DNA of 64,000 nucleotides from Escherichia coli (GTDB lineage Bacteria; Pseudomonadota; Gammaproteobacteria; Enterobacterales; Enterobacteriaceae): NCBI RefSeq assembly GCF_024700885.2, contig NZ_CP117016.1; one strand, 5' to 3'. Shown piece by piece: positions 1 to 8,462 of this stretch (position 1 is its first letter; each line of letters starts with the position of its first letter). The notes under the pieces were generated by a model. It saw only the letters and a program-made list of their open reading frames with translations, ran no database searches and was not told where the DNA came from. The position numbers and the translations under genes were made by a program.

Positions 1-167
1 CCACACGAGCAGACAGCAATTAATGATGAGTTGTATCTGTCAATTTCGAAGCTCCAGGAGCATGCAGCACTGGTCTACAAAATCTTTTGCGCTCCAGAAA
101 AGAGTGACGCCCGCGAGTGTGCAGCTCCGGGCGTCGTGGCGTTTTGTGTCTGTGGAGAAACTAACGC

Positions 168-1004
168 ATGAACAGTTTAACGGCAAATAACCGTTTGTCG
201 CAACAGCTGGTGGTCAGCGTCGCTGAACACCTGTTGTTACGGCATGAATGCAGATTACCAAATCACCTGGCTGTAAGTAACCACAGAGAACTTTACCTGA
301 CTGTGGGGGGCGAGTTGTGCAAGAACTTAACCGCTGGTTTCGTGACGGAAGAGGGCTTTATGTCCATGTTATTCGTTGGGAGCCAGAAACACAGCGCGTT
401 ATCTATCTTCGCAAAGACTACCCGCATGAGTGCTTTAGTCCTTTGTGGAAATTCAGGCGTGATTTTGTTGAGTGTGAAGGACCACCAGCACATTGATTCT
501 GCCATTCCGGGACGTTACACTGTTCAGGCACCTTATAAAGCGGGTGTCGGGATTGGCGTCCTGGAATTGCATACGGCGACAATTGGCGCGTTAGCGTCTT
601 TTTTGTTGCTACAACTCAGCTATACCCAAATTATGGTGGGCTGGGTGGGGGCACCGAAAGGTGCGCCGGTTTCCGTATGCGCCGGTTACGCCAACCCTGC
701 TCAGTTCACCACCAGCGAAATTGGCGTTTCCGGTGGTGGAAGTTATCCATTGCATACGGAGGCTGCCATCATGGCTACTGTCCCAGCCCTCTCTCGTCTG
801 AATGATGAAGACTTACATAAACTCAGTTATGTAACAACTGCACTACGTGCTCTGCGCAAGGTAACTCTTTCGGATCCGCAGGCGCATCAGGTTTTGGTAG
901 AAACCCTTCTTAACTTGCAGGCTGAACGTATTCGTCTGGCGGATAAGGCTAATTTTCATATTCACCGTCTCCTGAATATCAGCGGAGGGCATCGTCATGC
1001 TTAA
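168..1004 (+). CDS. Hypothetical phage early-region protein
   Basis: 278-aa ORF upstream of replication gene; no motif recognised. Confidence 0.3.
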   Translation: MNSLTANNRLSQQLVVSVAEHLLLRHECRLPNHLAVSNHRELYLTVGGELCKNLTAGFVTEEGFMSMLFVGSQKHSALSIFAKTTRMSALVLCGNSGVILLSVKDHQHIDSAIPGRYTVQAPYKAGVGIGVLELHTATIGALASFLLLQLSYTQIMVGWVGAPKGAPVSVCAGYANPAQFTTSEIGVSGGGSYPLHTEAAIMATVPALSRLNDEDLHKLSYVTTALRALRKVTLSDPQAHQVLVETLLNLQAERIRLADKANFHIHRLLNISGGHRHA

Positions 1005-1233
1005 TCCGTTGATCCTCAATATTTGCCGTTTGCTTCAGCGTAAAAAAACATCAATTCCTACAGTTGGGCAGTGGTACACCACACCTGCAGGGCATGTTCT
1101 ACGTGTTAGCTTGGTTGACCGTGAATGCCAGAAGGTGATTTGTGAACCGCTGGGCCGTAATTACCGCGTCAGTATGCCGCTTATAGCCTTTCGCTCCGGA
1201 AAAAACATGAAGCATCTCGGAGGTGCAGCATGA
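997..1233 (+). CDS. Hypothetical small phage protein
   Basis: 78-aa ORF, overlaps neighbours by a few nt (operon-like packing); no motif recognised. Confidence 0.2.
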   Translation: MLNPLILNICRLLQRKKTSIPTVGQWYTTPAGHVLRVSLVDRECQKVICEPLGRNYRVSMPLIAFRSGKNMKHLGGAA

Positions 1234-2048
1234 GTATGGAGCTGATGGTTAAAGCGATGAAAATTCGAGTGGGTAATCCATTGCGAAAACTGGTTCTGAT
1301 CAAGCTGGCTGATAATGCCAGCGATCAGGGTGAGTGCTGGCCCAGCTACCAGCATATTGCTGACCAGTGTGAGATTAGCAAACGTTCTGTGATGAATCAT
1401 ATTGCGGCCCTTTGTGAGTCCGGGCTGGTAAAAAAAGTCACCCGGAAAGGTGAAAAAGGTAACTCAAGTAATATCTATCTCCTTCATCTGGATGGTGCAG
1501 GAGATTCACTAGGGGGTAGTGCAAATAATTCACTATCTGGTGCAGCAAATTCACTAGGTAGTGCAGGAGTTGCACCAGGGGGTAGTGCAGGAGATTCACC
1601 CAGAACCAGTCACTCTTTTGAACCAGTCAAAGAACCAGTCAATGAACCAATAGCTGTTGGTGCATCAGTTGATGAGTCCGTGCGAGTTCGTTCAAACCGA
1701 CCGGAATACTCTCCGGAGTTTGAGCAGGCATGGCTGGCATATCCCAAACGTGCTGGTGGCAATTCAAAATCTGCAGCCTTCAAAGCCTGGAAAGCCCGTT
1801 TGAATGAGGGGGTAAACCCCGAAACCATGCTGGAAGGTGTGAAACGCTACGCGGGCTGGGTATCTGCGATGGGTAACAGCGGCACACAATTTGTGAAACA
1901 GGCTGTCACGTTCTTTGGTCCGGATCGTCATTTCGAAGAATCCTGGGAAGTTCCTGCGGTATCTGCAGCTAGACGTGAGGACCCGTACTTCAAAGCCAGT
2001 TACGACAACGTGGACTACAGCCAGATCCCGGCAGGATTCAGGGGGTGA
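1230..2048 (+). CDS. Phage replication initiation protein (lambda O-like role), N-terminal HTH
   Basis: N-terminal helix-turn-helix (KLADNASDQGECWPSYQHIADQCEISKRSV); direct-repeat iteron array embedded in the interdomain coding region as in lambda O/ori. Confidence 0.6.
   Translation: MSMELMVKAMKIRVGNPLRKLVLIKLADNASDQGECWPSYQHIADQCEISKRSVMNHIAALCESGLVKKVTRKGEKGNSSNIYLLHLDGAGDSLGGSANNSLSGAANSLGSAGVAPGGSAGDSPRTSHSFEPVKEPVNEPIAVGASVDESVRVRSNRPEYSPEFEQAWLAYPKRAGGNSKSAAFKAWKARLNEGVNPETMLEGVKRYAGWVSAMGNSGTQFVKQAVTFFGPDRHFEESWEVPAVSAARREDPYFKASYDNVDYSQIPAGFRG
1495..1650. repeat. Candidate replication origin iterons inside replication gene
   Basis: Three ~21-bp direct repeats (1503-1523, 1527-1547, 1548-1568, consensus aATTCACTAggtgGTGCAg) plus a shuffled copy 1582-1600 and three GAACCAGTCA repeats 1603-1644. 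Confidence 0.5.
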
Positions 2049-2539
2049 TCATGAGTCTTTTGAATGAAGTTCAGAAATTCATTGAAGCCCATCCGGGGTG
2101 TACTTCCGGAGACATTGCGGATGCTTTTGCAGGTTACTCACGGCAGCGCGTTCTGCAGTCAGCAAGCAAGTTACGTCAGAGTGGGCGTGTGGCTCACCGT
2201 TGTGAAGGAGATACACGCAGACATTTCCCACGCCTGACTGAGAGAGCGCAGGAGCCGGAACCACAACCAGTTCGTGAAACCAGACCTGTGCGCAATTTCT
2301 ATGTCGGCACTAACGATCCCCGGGTGATTTTGTGCCTGACCCGCCAGGCGGAAGAACTGGAGTCCAGGGGCTTATACCGTCGTGCTGCAACGGTGTGGAT
2401 GGCGGCATTCCGTGAAAGCTACTCCCAGCCAGAACGAAACAATTTTCTGGCGCGTCGTGAACGGTGTTTACGGAAAAGCAGTAAGCGGGCTGCATCAGGT
2501 GAAGAGTGGTATCTGTCAGGGAATTACGTGGGGGCTTAA
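2045..2539 (+). CDS. Hypothetical phage protein (possible winged-helix N-terminus)
   Basis: 164-aa ORF, stop overlaps next start (TAATG) suggesting translational coupling. Confidence 0.3.
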   Translation: MIMSLLNEVQKFIEAHPGCTSGDIADAFAGYSRQRVLQSASKLRQSGRVAHRCEGDTRRHFPRLTERAQEPEPQPVRETRPVRNFYVGTNDPRVILCLTRQAEELESRGLYRRAATVWMAAFRESYSQPERNNFLARRERCLRKSSKRAASGEEWYLSGNYVGA

Positions 2540-2865
2540 TGACGACGTTAACTCAATGCCAGCAGCAGGTGCTGGATATGCTGATTTCTTACCAGAAAGA
2601 ACGTGGCTTCCCGCCAACCAATCAGGAGGTGGCAACCATGCTGGGATACCGTTCGGTGAATGCAGCGGTGGAGCATCTTCGCGCACTGGAGAAAAAAGGC
2701 GTCATCACGATAAAGCGTGGCGTGGCCCGGGGGATAACGCTTCATACCGCGGTGAAGGACGACGACAGCGAGGCTGTCGGGATTATCCGCTCACTGCTTG
2801 CCGGTGAGGAAAACGCAAGGCTGCGTGCAACCCACTGGCTACATGAGAGAGGCCTGAAAGTATGA
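2539..2865 (+). CDS. LexA-like DNA-binding-domain protein (no peptidase domain)
   Basis: MTTLTQCQQQVLDMLISYQKERGFPPTNQEVATMLGYRSVNAAVEHLRALEKKGVI closely parallels the LexA N-terminal winged HTH; protein stops after the hinge (LLAGEE). Confidence 0.6.
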   Translation: MTTLTQCQQQVLDMLISYQKERGFPPTNQEVATMLGYRSVNAAVEHLRALEKKGVITIKRGVARGITLHTAVKDDDSEAVGIIRSLLAGEENARLRATHWLHERGLKV

Positions 2866-3251
2866 AACTGATCCTGCCTTTCCCGCCCAGCGTGAATACG
2901 TACTGGCGACACCCTAACAAAGGGGCGTTTGCTGGTAAAAGCCTGATAAGCACGGCGGGGCGCAAATTCCAGAGCGCGGCGTGCGCAGCAATAGTTGAGC
3001 AGTTACGTCGTCTGCCGAAACCAACGTCGGCACCTGCTTCAGTGGAGATCGTGTTGTTTCCTCCGGATAACCGGATCCGCGATCTGGACAACTATAACAA
3101 GGCACTGTTTGACGCCCTGACCCACGCGGGTGTGTGGGAAGACGACAGTCAGGTGAAAAGAATGCTGGTGGAGTGGGGACCGGTTATCCCGGAAGGGAAG
3201 GTCGAGATCACTATCAGTAAGTACGAGAAAACGGCGGGTGCAGCCGCCTGA
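2862..3251 (+). CDS. rusA: RusA-family Holliday junction resolvase
   Basis: 129 aa; conserved RusA pattern (PPSVNTYWRH...DLDNYNKALFDALT...VWEDDSQV); start overlaps previous stop (ATGA). Confidence 0.75.
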   Translation: MKLILPFPPSVNTYWRHPNKGAFAGKSLISTAGRKFQSAACAAIVEQLRRLPKPTSAPASVEIVLFPPDNRIRDLDNYNKALFDALTHAGVWEDDSQVKRMLVEWGPVIPEGKVEITISKYEKTAGAAA

Positions 3252-3270
3252 TTAAGAGGAGAAACGAAGT

Positions 3271-4080
3271 ATGAATAATCTGATGGTCATTGATGGTATT
3301 GAAGTTCGTCGTGATGCTTATGGACGTTATAGCCTGAACGATCTGCATCGCGCAGCAGTAGCATCTGGTGCAAATGCCAGAACCAAGGAGCCAGGAAAGT
3401 TTCTTTCCAGCCAACAAACTGTTGAGCTTGTTCATGAATTGACCAACACCCAGAATTTGGGTGTTGACCCGGTGAGTGTGATTCATGGGGGAAATGAACG
3501 GGGAACGTATGTCTGTAAGGAACTGGTGTATGCCTATGCAATGTGGATCAGCCCGTCATTCCATCTGAAGGTGATCCGTACTTTCGATATGGTAACCAGC
3601 GCACCGGAAAAATTATCCGGGCAGGCTGCTGACAAGATGCAGGCTGGAGTGATTCTGCTGGACTTTATGCGCAGGGAGTTAAACCTGTCTAACTCATCTG
3701 TGCTTGGGGCCTGTCAGAAACTCCAGGAGGCTGTTGGCTTACCGAATCTGGCACCGCGTTATGCCATTGATGCTCCTGCTGACGCGCCTGATGGCTCAAG
3801 CCGCCCCACGCTGTCACTGAGTGCACTGCTGAAGCAGTATGGTATCCGCCTGACGGCTAATCAGGCATATCACCAGATGGCGAAGCTGGGGATCGTCGAA
3901 CAGCGCGAACGATACAGCCGTACAGCGATTAACAACATCAAAAAATTCTGGTCGCTGACAGCGAAAGGCTGCATGTTCGGCAAGAACATCACCAGTCCCG
4001 CAAATCCGCGCGAGACGCAGCCGCATTTCTTCGAATCCCGATTCCCTGAGCTGTTAAAGCTGCTCGATACCGTTCATTGA
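3271..4080 (+). CDS. KilA-N domain protein (antirepressor-like)
   Basis: N-terminal KilA-N-like region (VIDGIEVRRDAYGRYSLNDLHRAA...KELVYAYAMWISPSFHLKVI); RBS AAGAGGAG upstream. Confidence 0.6.
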   Translation: MNNLMVIDGIEVRRDAYGRYSLNDLHRAAVASGANARTKEPGKFLSSQQTVELVHELTNTQNLGVDPVSVIHGGNERGTYVCKELVYAYAMWISPSFHLKVIRTFDMVTSAPEKLSGQAADKMQAGVILLDFMRRELNLSNSSVLGACQKLQEAVGLPNLAPRYAIDAPADAPDGSSRPTLSLSALLKQYGIRLTANQAYHQMAKLGIVEQRERYSRTAINNIKKFWSLTAKGCMFGKNITSPANPRETQPHFFESRFPELLKLLDTVH

Positions 4081-4081
4081 G

Positions 4082-5077
4082 GTGACCGTGAGAGCACTAC
4101 TGACCCCTGAAATTGCCCCGCGTATGGGGATCGTATTGTTCAGGCCAGGTTCAGAGCTGATGCCCCTGTTTATGCAGGGGCGTGTCCTGCTGGAGCCTGA
4201 GCCGGAACGTTATTCATCTTTCGCCAGTGGTGCCGTTCCGGCGGCATCACAACCGCTGGCGGATGATCCTGCCGTTCGGGCCGTGTTCCGCAATGAGGCA
4301 GTGATCCGTCGTGCTGGTGGCGTGGAATGTCTTGAAAGCTGGTTACTTCGTGAAAAAGGCTGCCAGTGGCCTCATTCCGACTGGCACAGCGAGAACATGA
4401 CCACAATGCGACACGCGCCGGGCGCAATCCGTCTGTGCTGGCACTGCGATAACCAGCTGCGCGATCAGTTCACGGAACGGCTGGAATCAATGGCAACGGA
4501 TAACTGTGCCCGCTGGGTGTTGTCTGTTGTGCGTCGGGATCTCGGTTTTGATGACAGTCACGTTGTGACAATGCCGGAACTGTGCTGGTGGCTGATTCGT
4601 AATGACCTGGCGGATGCCTTACCGGAAAGTGCAGCCCGTAAGGCACTGAGATTACCAAAGCCTGTTGTGCCGTCTGTCACCCGGGAAAGTGACCTTGTGC
4701 CTTCGGTTCCTGCCACCAGCATCATCCAGGATAAAGCGAAAAAGGTGCTGGCGCTGAAAGTGGATCCGGAGTCGCCGGAGTCTTTTATGTTACGCCCAAA
4801 ACGTCGCCGCTGGGTTAATGAAAAGTACACGCGCTGGGTTAAGACACAGCCGTGTGCATGTTGTGGAAAGCCCGCTGATGATCCCCACCACCTGATAGGT
4901 CACGGTCAGGGTGGAATGGGAACAAAAGCGCATGACCTCTTTGTGTTGCCTTTGTGCAGAAAGCATCACGACGAGCTGCATGCGGATACCGTGGCATTTG
5001 AAGAGAAGTATGGCTCTCAGCTGGAGCTGATATTTCGTTTTATCGATCGTGCGCTGGCAATTGGCGTATTGGCGTAA
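4082..5077 (+). CDS. DUF968-like phage protein with C-terminal Cys/His (HNH-like) motif
   Basis: C-terminus CACCGKPADDPHHLIGHGQGGMGTKAHDLFVLPLCRKHHDELH; GTG start inferred. Confidence 0.45.
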   Translation: MTVRALLTPEIAPRMGIVLFRPGSELMPLFMQGRVLLEPEPERYSSFASGAVPAASQPLADDPAVRAVFRNEAVIRRAGGVECLESWLLREKGCQWPHSDWHSENMTTMRHAPGAIRLCWHCDNQLRDQFTERLESMATDNCARWVLSVVRRDLGFDDSHVVTMPELCWWLIRNDLADALPESAARKALRLPKPVVPSVTRESDLVPSVPATSIIQDKAKKVLALKVDPESPESFMLRPKRRRWVNEKYTRWVKTQPCACCGKPADDPHHLIGHGQGGMGTKAHDLFVLPLCRKHHDELHADTVAFEEKYGSQLELIFRFIDRALAIGVLA

Positions 5078-5090
5078 GTGGAGAACGAGC

Positions 5091-5843
5091 ATGAACCTTG
5101 AAGCCTTACCAAAATATTACTCCCCAAAATCTCCAAAATTGAGCGATGACGCACCGGCGACAGGCTCAGGTGGTTTAACGATTACGGATGTGATGGCTGC
5201 GCAGGGGATGGTGCAGTCGAAAGCACCGCTTGGGTTTGCCTTATTCCTGGCAAAAGTTGGTGTTCAGGATCCTCAATTTGCGATTGAAGGTCTGCTCAAT
5301 TACGCGATGGCACTGGATAACCCGACATTGAACAAATTGAGTGAAGAAACCCGGTTACAGATCATCCCTTACCTTGTGAATTTTGCCTTTGCTGATTATT
5401 CCAGGTCTGCGGCAAGTAAGGCTCGCTGTGAGCATTGTGCTGGTACTGGATTTCATAATGTATTGCGCGAAGTGGTGAAACACTCCAGAAGCGGGGAATC
5501 TGTTATCAAGGAAGAGTGGGTGAAGGAACTATGTCAGCATTGTCATGGTAAGGGAGAAGTCAGCACAGCGTGCAGAGGGTGTAAGGGTAAAGGTATTGTC
5601 CTGGATGAAAAAAGGACCCGGCTTCATGGCACGCCTGTTTATAAGATTTGTGGGCGTTGCAATGGAAACCGGTTTAGCCGTTTACCAACCACACTGGCGC
5701 GGCATCATGTCCAGAAGCTGGTACCAGACCTGACGGATTATCAGTGGTACAAAGGATATGCAGATGTCATTGATAAACTGGTTACAAAGTGCTGGCAGGA
5801 AGAAGCATATGCAGAGATACAATTGAGAAATGTGACAAGATAA
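5091..5843 (+). CDS. Late-gene antiterminator Q-like protein
   Basis: Cys-rich zinc-finger-like segments (CEHCAGTG...CQHCHGKG...CRGCKGKG...CGRCNG); position immediately before late promoter/terminator and lysis genes. Confidence 0.6.
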   Translation: MNLEALPKYYSPKSPKLSDDAPATGSGGLTITDVMAAQGMVQSKAPLGFALFLAKVGVQDPQFAIEGLLNYAMALDNPTLNKLSEETRLQIIPYLVNFAFADYSRSAASKARCEHCAGTGFHNVLREVVKHSRSGESVIKEEWVKELCQHCHGKGEVSTACRGCKGKGIVLDEKRTRLHGTPVYKICGRCNGNRFSRLPTTLARHHVQKLVPDLTDYQWYKGYADVIDKLVTKCWQEEAYAEIQLRNVTR

Positions 5844-5874
5844 ATGGTTTTCGCCGAAGATGACGACATGATGC

Positions 5875-5903
5875 TTGCATTTTTCAAAAAATATGGATAA
5901 GAT
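5875..5903 (+). promoter_or_regulatory. Candidate late promoter (pR'-like)
   Basis: TTGCAT -35, 17-nt spacer, TAAGAT -10, about 45 nt upstream of terminator hairpin. Confidence 0.3.
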
Positions 5904-5950
5904 TTTCCCAACGATGGGCTTTGTATGTCTACCGTTGATAAGATTTAAGA

Positions 5951-5976
5951 ACCCGCCACTGAGCGGGTTTTTTTGT
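5951..5976 (+). terminator. Rho-independent terminator (tR'-like) downstream of Q
   Basis: Hairpin ACCCGCcactgaGCGGGT followed by TTTTTTTG. Confidence 0.6.
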
Positions 5977-6123
5977 GCCAGATGTCTCATGAAACTATGA
6001 AATGGATTGGTGCGTTAAACATTTTTTCTTATTATCTTTTAGATTTTGGAGAGATGGTTAACGTCTGTATTCCAGAAACTCGATGATTATTTAATAAATT
6101 AGTTTCAATGATGCTTCTAGGTT

Positions 6124-6549
6124 ATGACTGTAATGAAAAAGGTATTAATAGCAGCGATAGGTTTTTGTTTAGTTGGTTGTGCAGGTATGAAATTACCTGA
6201 GTATTCGCAAGTTAAAGCAAGTCCGTATTATACAGATTGCCGTGCGTTTGCCATGGATGTTTATAAAAATGATGGATACAGCAAAATTGCGAAAACTACT
6301 ATCCTTAGCATGGATGATGTGAAGGCTAGATATATTGTGACAGGGTGTGTAGTTGCTATGGGGAAAAACACTGTAGAGGAAATCAAAGCTGATCTCTCTG
6401 CTAAAGGGAGTTCTTTTGGGCTTATCAGTGGAGCTTGTTCTAGTGCGGCATGTCGGGTTGATGTAGAGCAGCAAATGAACGCTTATGTACTTGGTAGTTA
6501 TTATGCTGCAAATAAAAAATTCCCGGATAAAATGAAAGCAGAGTTTTAA
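6124..6549 (+). CDS. Lipoprotein (moron between Q and lysis genes), function unknown
   Basis: Signal peptide with lipobox (LIAAIGFCLVGCAG); AT-rich; flanked by two copies of the same terminator hairpin. Confidence 0.5.
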   Translation: MTVMKKVLIAAIGFCLVGCAGMKLPEYSQVKASPYYTDCRAFAMDVYKNDGYSKIAKTTILSMDDVKARYIVTGCVVAMGKNTVEEIKADLSAKGSSFGLISGACSSAACRVDVEQQMNAYVLGSYYAANKKFPDKMKAEF

Positions 6550-6627
6550 GTAAACCTTGTTTTCGATTATATGTCGAAGATAAATGTTAGTAACGGCATA
6601 ATAAGTAAATATATAGCTGTGATAGCA

Positions 6628-6651
6628 ACCCGCCACTGAGCGGGTTTTTTG
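6628..6651 (+). terminator. Rho-independent terminator (second copy of tR'-like hairpin)
   Basis: Identical hairpin ACCCGCCACTGAGCGGGT plus T-run, duplicate of 5951-5976. Confidence 0.6.
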
Positions 6652-6748
6652 TACCTGTAAACTTGGTGCAGTACAGTAAACACGCTGGTGGTCGTGAATA
6701 CTGACTTTTTATCTTGCTGGCTTTTTAGACAAGAGTTATTGGTATGTC

Positions 6749-6976
6749 ATGTTAACCAGAAGGGAAAAAGACATGCTAAAACAGCAAGATATGACAGAAA
6801 CCGCCGCCGCAGTCCTTCATTTCTTACCTGCTGACAAGTGGGTAACGCCACGCATGATGACGAGAACTACCGGAGTAAGCGAAGCCCGGTGCCAGTTAAT
6901 ACTGACTCAGTTAGTTCTGGCGGGTCTGGCGAAGGATAACGGCGGGTACGGGAATAAATTCAGACGCTGCCAGTAA
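6749..6976 (+). CDS. Hypothetical small protein, possibly winged-helix regulator
   Basis: 75-aa ORF; weak resemblance to small winged-helix regulators; start uncertain. Confidence 0.25.
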   Translation: MLTRREKDMLKQQDMTETAAAVLHFLPADKWVTPRMMTRTTGVSEARCQLILTQLVLAGLAKDNGGYGNKFRRCQ

Positions 6977-7126
6977 TGGCGGTTTCCTGCTGTGAAAATG
7001 GGCGGCTGGTGGGTGTTGGTAGCACCTGCCAGCCATTCGCTCATGCTTACTGGTCACAAGCGAACCATGGCCCACTGCTTTAGCGCAAAAGCAGAGTGAG
7101 CCTACCAGAGTTACGCTTACTGATTC

Positions 7127-8179
7127 ATGAAAAATACTGTAAAAATAAACAGTGTTGATTTAATCAACGCTGATTGCCTGCATTTTATTCAGTCCCTGCC
7201 TGATGATTCCATTGACCTGATTGTTACCGATCCGCCGTACTTCAAGGTGAAACCCAACGGCTGGGACAATCAGTGGAAAGGGGACGAAGATTACCTTAAG
7301 TGGCTGGACCACTGTCTGGCCCAGTTCTGGCGGGTGTTAAAACCTGCCGGAAGCCTTTACCTGTTCTGTGGGCATCGCCTGGCATCTGATATTGAGATCA
7401 TGATGCGTGAACGTTTCAACGTGCTTAACCATATCATCTGGGCGAAGCCGTCCGGACGTTGGAATGGGTGTAATAAAGAAAGTCTGCGCGCATATTTTCC
7501 TGCCACAGAGCGCGTTCTGTTTGCTGAACATTACCAGGGGCCATATCGCGGCAAAAGTGACGGCTATGCAGCAAAAGAAAGGGAACTCAAACAGCACATA
7601 ATGGCACCGCTGATATCGTATTTCAGGGATGCTCGTGCCGAACTGGGTATAACGGCAAAACAAATTGCCGAAGCCACAGGTAAGAAAAATATGGTTTCCC
7701 ACTGGTTTGGTGCCAGTCAGTGGCAGTTGCCGAATGAGGCTGACTATCGGAAGTTACAGGCACTGTTTTCCCGTATAGCGGCAGAGAAGTTTCAGGAACA
7801 ACAACTGGAACAACCACACCACCAGCTGGTGGCATCTTATGATTCACTGAATCGTAAATATTCTGAATTGCTGGATGAGTTTAAATCTCTCCGGCGCTAT
7901 TTCTCCGTATCAGTCTCCGTGCCTTATACCGATGTCTGGATGCATAAACCCGTTCAGTTCTACCCGGGGAAACATCCGTGTGAGAAACCGGCGGATATGC
8001 TCAGGCAAATAATCAATGCCAGTAGTCGACCTGGTGATCTGGTTGCTGATTTTTTTATGGGATCCGGTTCCACAATAAAAGCAGCAATGGCGCTGGGGCG
8101 TCGGGCCTTAGGTGTTGAGCTTGAGTCAGAGCGGTTTAACCAGACAGTGAAAGAGATAAACGAGCTGGTGGGGAAATAA
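7127..8179 (+). CDS. DNA methyltransferase (N6-adenine/N4-cytosine class, beta-type), orphan
   Basis: Motif IV DPPY (IVTDPPYF) near N-terminus and motif I FxGxG (DFFMGSGST) near C-terminus; no adjacent restriction endonuclease gene. Confidence 0.7.
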
Positions 8180-8185
8180 TCTGGT

Positions 8186-8208
8186 GGCCACGTCAGGTGG
8201 CCTTTTTA
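8186..8208 (+). terminator. Candidate hairpin terminator upstream of lysis cassette
   Basis: GGCCACgtcagGTGGCC followed by TTTTTATTT. Confidence 0.4.
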
Positions 8209-8246
8209 TTTCCATTACACAGCACCCGCATCTGCGAGGTGGGGTT

Positions 8247-8462
8247 ATGAAATCCATGGATAAGTTAACAACGGGTGTCGCCTATGGCACCTCAGCAGGT
8301 AGTGCCGGGTACTGGTTTTTACAGTTGCTCGATAAAGTCACGCCCTCACAGTGGGCGGCAATAGGTGTGCTGGGTAGTCTGGTATTTGGCCTGCTGACGT
8401 ACCTGACAAACCTTTATTTCAAGATTAAAGAAGATAAGCGCAAGGCTGCGAGAGGTGAATAA
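8247..8462 (+). CDS. Pinholin (phage 21 S21-like class II holin)
   Basis: 71 aa; dual-start motif MKSMDK; two TM segments; near-identical pattern to S21 ([17 protein letters not shown]...[10 protein letters not shown]). Confidence 0.8.

Noticed and set aside
1-167. Integrase or attL at the left edge
   Set aside because: No integrase-like ORF or att core copy is present in the window; the prophage left end must lie upstream of coordinate 1.
5843-7127. Shiga toxin genes or tRNA genes at the Q-to-lysis junction
   Set aside because: No stxA/stxB-sized ORFs and no tRNA-like sequence found; the junction instead carries a lipoprotein gene and a small ORF.
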